Positions 60,882 through 64,000 of a DNA stretch of 64,000 nt are shown piece after piece; within the stretch, counting starts at the first letter, position 1; every line of letters starts with the position of its first letter. The notes below the pieces were generated by a model. The model was not told where the DNA came from. It ran no database searches and was given only the letters and a program-made list of their open reading frames with translations. The DNA lies in assembly GCF_056746865.1 (NCBI RefSeq), contig NZ_CM163382.1; one strand, 5' to 3'. The position numbers and the translations under genes were made by a program.

Positions 60882-61988
60882 TTAGTTTTGTACTGTGACT
60901 TTATTATCCTTCACAGTGATCAAAACTGAATCCGTCACCGCTTTGCCGCCTGCAGTTTCACCGCCAATAATCAATAGACTATTATTCCAGGGCAATGATA
61001 CTCCGTAGGCCCGACCTTGCGATAATTCACCCGATTTATCCCATTTCCCGTTATGCCAAAGATGAATATCAGTGCTATATGATTTTTTCAGGCCTTCATG
61101 CGCATAGTTCTTACCGTTCTGGTAATTTTCTCGTGAACCTTTGAATCCGGCCCCTCCGGCAAATATAAGAGAATCATTGCTTATCCCCGCAAAACCGCCA
61201 GCTACGCCATCTGGTGATGAGACGGGAGCAAGCTTATTCCATTTTAAATTATTACCGGTGAAATCAAGTTCAAATACGGCATCCGTTCGCAATCCTGGTT
61301 TGGCTTCGCCATTAATAAGCCAGGTTTTATCACCTTTATTCACAACCGCCGCACCAGCCGTTCCGTACCAGGGCGATTCGCCAGCGTAACTCCATTGCTG
61401 TGTTGAGGGATCAAAAGACAACAGAAACTTATTGAAGAAATAATCTTCTGCTTTTTTGTCAAAATAGTGAGCATTGATTTTATCTATAGCGGTTGAATCT
61501 TTTCCAGCCTCGTTGAGATCTTCAAAATAGCCATTGAAGATATTCTGGTTAACACCACCAGTAACATAAGCCTTGCCGTTGTGTACAAAAGTCACATGGC
61601 CCGCCATGCCCATCGGCGCGTGCGACATCAATTTAACCCAACTATTGGTTTTGGGGTTGTATTTGTGTACGTCATTAAATACCTGAGTCAAGCCCTCGCT
61701 GTTTTTGCCAATGCCGCCAAACACATACAGATTGCCATCAATAAATGCAGAGGTTGCTTGATCTCTTGGTCCGCCAGGGAATGCAGCTAACGCTGTCCAT
61801 TTTTTATCTTTGGCCTGTGTATCCAGCTTGTACCATGCCGTACCTGCGCTACCTAAACCAATGTAGACAGTGTCGTTATCAATTGCTCCGGTACCACTTT
61901 TAAATGGCACAGGAGTTTCCGGTAATACAGACGCGTTTGCGGCAAATGAAGCCATCATGATAGCAAGCGCCGTTATTGTTTTATTCAT
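60882..61988 (-). CDS. nanM: N-acetylneuraminate mutarotase (Kelch beta-propeller)
   Basis: 368 aa from MNKTITALAIMMASFAANA (signal peptide); the track ORF has a 36-aa extension. Confidence 0.85.
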   Translation of the reverse strand: MNKTITALAIMMASFAANASVLPETPVPFKSGTGAIDNDTVYIGLGSAGTAWYKLDTQAKDKKWTALAAFPGGPRDQATSAFIDGNLYVFGGIGKNSEGLTQVFNDVHKYNPKTNSWVKLMSHAPMGMAGHVTFVHNGKAYVTGGVNQNIFNGYFEDLNEAGKDSTAIDKINAHYFDKKAEDYFFNKFLLSFDPSTQQWSYAGESPWYGTAGAAVVNKGDKTWLINGEAKPGLRTDAVFELDFTGNNLKWNKLAPVSSPDGVAGGFAGISNDSLIFAGGAGFKGSRENYQNGKNYAHEGLKKSYSTDIHLWHNGKWDKSGELSQGRAYGVSLPWNNSLLIIGGETAGGKAVTDSVLITVKDNKVTVQN

Positions 61989-62007
61989 TGTGACTGTCTC
62001 CTGTCTA

Positions 62008-62724
62008 CTACAGTTTAAATGACACACCAATGCGATAACTGTTTTCCGATAAATTATCTCTGCCGTTGTAAACACCCTGACGGTCAAGGTAGTCATATTC
62101 TATGTATGGCGTAATATCGGGCGTCATATGGTATTGTAGAACAAATGCATTTTCCGTCGCCCATTTCTTATGGTTTGCATAGCGATAATCGTTCTGTTTG
62201 CTGTATAGCGTCGTTTGCCATGCGAAGGTGAAATCACTATTAATATGGTAAGTGACATATCCATCCCAACGATGAACGTTATCACGAGACATATCACCGG
62301 ATAAGTCTTGTTGTCGGTAAGCTTTCCAGTCGTAACGATAGCGAATGCCAAAATTAAGATCTTTTGTCGCGTCCCAGGACAGTTTTACGTAGGGTCCGTA
62401 GCGTGTGCCGTTGCTGCTAAAATGCGTTAACATTCCCGGGCGCACCGTCCATTGATCATCAAGTTTAATCGCGTAATTAACTTCAACCTGAACATCATTG
62501 AGTGCGGCATTTTCCTTTTTATTATCATGAATGGTATTCCAGGTATTACTTTCCATGCTTGCCCACCATCCATTTTGCCATCCCTCACTGACTTTGAGTC
62601 GAGTCTCATAGGCGTGGCTTCCACTACGATATCCACCACGTACGTCCAGTGTCGCAGCCTGAGAAATTAATGGGGACGAAAAGCACAGTAATAATACGCC
62701 AGAAAGTATTTTAGCCTTTTTCAT
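62008..62724 (-). CDS. nanC: N-acetylneuraminic acid outer membrane channel (KdgM family)
   Basis: 238 aa from MKKAKILSGVLLLCFSSPLISQA...; C-terminal ...GVSFKL. Confidence 0.85.
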   Translation of the reverse strand: MKKAKILSGVLLLCFSSPLISQAATLDVRGGYRSGSHAYETRLKVSEGWQNGWWASMESNTWNTIHDNKKENAALNDVQVEVNYAIKLDDQWTVRPGMLTHFSSNGTRYGPYVKLSWDATKDLNFGIRYRYDWKAYRQQDLSGDMSRDNVHRWDGYVTYHINSDFTFAWQTTLYSKQNDYRYANHKKWATENAFVLQYHMTPDITPYIEYDYLDRQGVYNGRDNLSENSYRIGVSFKL

Positions 62725-63150
62725 AAATTTCACTCATTTGTAGGATACAGAAAGCAATACAAAGCCCGCATAAACAATTAGCATTTATGTTGTGTAATAT
62801 TTTTTTGCCAGGCTTATAGTGTCTTTGGCAACCGGTAGCTGTATTTTATATTTTTTTGTATAAGGTCTCCTGTGAAAAATCTCTTTTCACATTATTTAAA
62901 TAAACAGAGATCCAGATTAAATACCTGAGTATAAAATCTCTTCTGATGTTTAATTGATTTGAATGTTCGTAAGCTATATCACTTACTCAATCCATTTTAC
63001 CCAGAGTCATAAAATAGAATGTCTGTTGATCTCATTTTCATATTCCTTTCAGACTGAAGTGCGTTTTCATCACCCGATGAGAAAGAACTGAAGTGATGTT
63101 TGCCATAGATTGCGAGATGCCCTGTCTCATTGACTATCTTGGTGCACCTT

Positions 63151-63165
63151 TATACCTGTTATACC
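63151..63165 (-). promoter_or_regulatory. NanR operator (GGTATA repeats) upstream of nanC
   Basis: Plus-strand TATACCTGTTATACC is the reverse complement of GGTATAACAGGTATA, about 430 bp upstream of nanC start. Confidence 0.5.
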
Positions 63166-64000
63166 AGATCAAAAATCACGCAATCCATACAACAAAACCA
63201 GATTTGCAATTCGTGTCACAAAATATGTCGATCTTTTTCTAAGAGGAAGATGCCATGTGAAGCCAGACGAACACTTGCGGTGGTCTTCAAAAACTAAAGA
63301 TCTTAGTTTAACTATTTGTTTTATAAATAATTTATTTAGAGTCTAAACAAGGGGAGCTTTGCAAGCTAACTCAGTGAGCTTGGTGAAAATCAGTGTTTAC
63401 CCGCCATCAGGCTGAGCATAATTCTCATCATGAAATATGTTTCCTGGTTTGTGGCTTGTAACTGGTCACTTCTGAAGTCGATCTGGAGAGGCTTGTTGAT
63501 GTTGGTGTTTTCAGGATGATGTTTCACTTAGTTTGTTTGCCGTATCGCCCGGCGAATGGCTGTGATTGAGGAAGGTTTAAGTCGTAGTGACCAAAGCTAT
63601 ATTTACCAACGAATGTAGATGAAAAAATCATCTCCTGCGTTCCCCCATATCTCCAGGATAAAAAGGAATGTAACAATCTCATGGCGTAAGCTGACGAATC
63701 AGCAGGAATAATCGCTAGGGACCTAAGAATTAGCATGATAATAGCCACTAAGAAATTACTGCGCTCCATGAAATAGCCATTTTGTGGCAAATGGAGTTGA
63801 CTAATAATGTCATATGTGAGACGGCTAGTTGAACGAATATTAAATTTTGCTGAATTTTTTATGTTGATTTTACTTGTTACAGAACATATCACATGATATA
63901 TAGATAAGATTAGTTGCATTAATGATGAGGGTTATTATTAGATTCGTATCCGATTGATAAATATATAAAGGTACATAGCATGCAAGAGCATGGCGTTTGT

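Noticed and set aside
62725-64000. 131-aa minus-strand ORF 63524..63919
   Set aside because: Very AT-rich regulatory DNA upstream of nanC with poor start context; more likely non-coding.

Overview
This window looks like an Escherichia coli-type chromosomal segment: a K-12-like backbone (fecIRABCDE, yjhU-yjhF-yjhGHI, sgcRXBCQAE, yjhPQ-topAI, yjhR, nanCMS) with a heavily IS-ridden accessory island of about 31 kb (roughly 10.3-41.4 kb) inserted between an IS1 copy and yjhU. All calls rest on reading the supplied six-frame translations and the raw sequence against remembered protein families; no database search was run. The island carries seven IS elements or remnants (IS911-like, IS1, IS66-family, IS2, an IS3-family element with TGG target duplication, an IS21-family element with CAGTCAC duplication, IS5 with CTAA duplication), a CP4-44/CP4-57-like module (YeeP-like GTPase, Ag43 with its triple-GATC switch, DUF905, DUF932, antirestriction, RadC-like, DUF987, CbeA antitoxin, and a CbtA toxin gene split by the IS21 element), and an mtnK-mtnA-aldolase-transporter cluster matching the DHAP-shunt salvage pathway. 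The best candidate for an undescribed system is a minus-strand module at 16.2-18.2 kb: a YfjJ/inovirus-Gp2-like protein followed by two overlapping paralogous zinc-ribbon proteins, with a divergent 66-aa zinc-ribbon membrane protein. Other loci worth a second look are an orphan ORF convergent with a DUF3987 gene across a perfect 17-bp hairpin, a second Ag43-like triple-GATC motif upstream of mtnK, and an AT-rich orphan region next to a secreted esterase-like protein. No tRNA, rRNA or CRISPR array was found.
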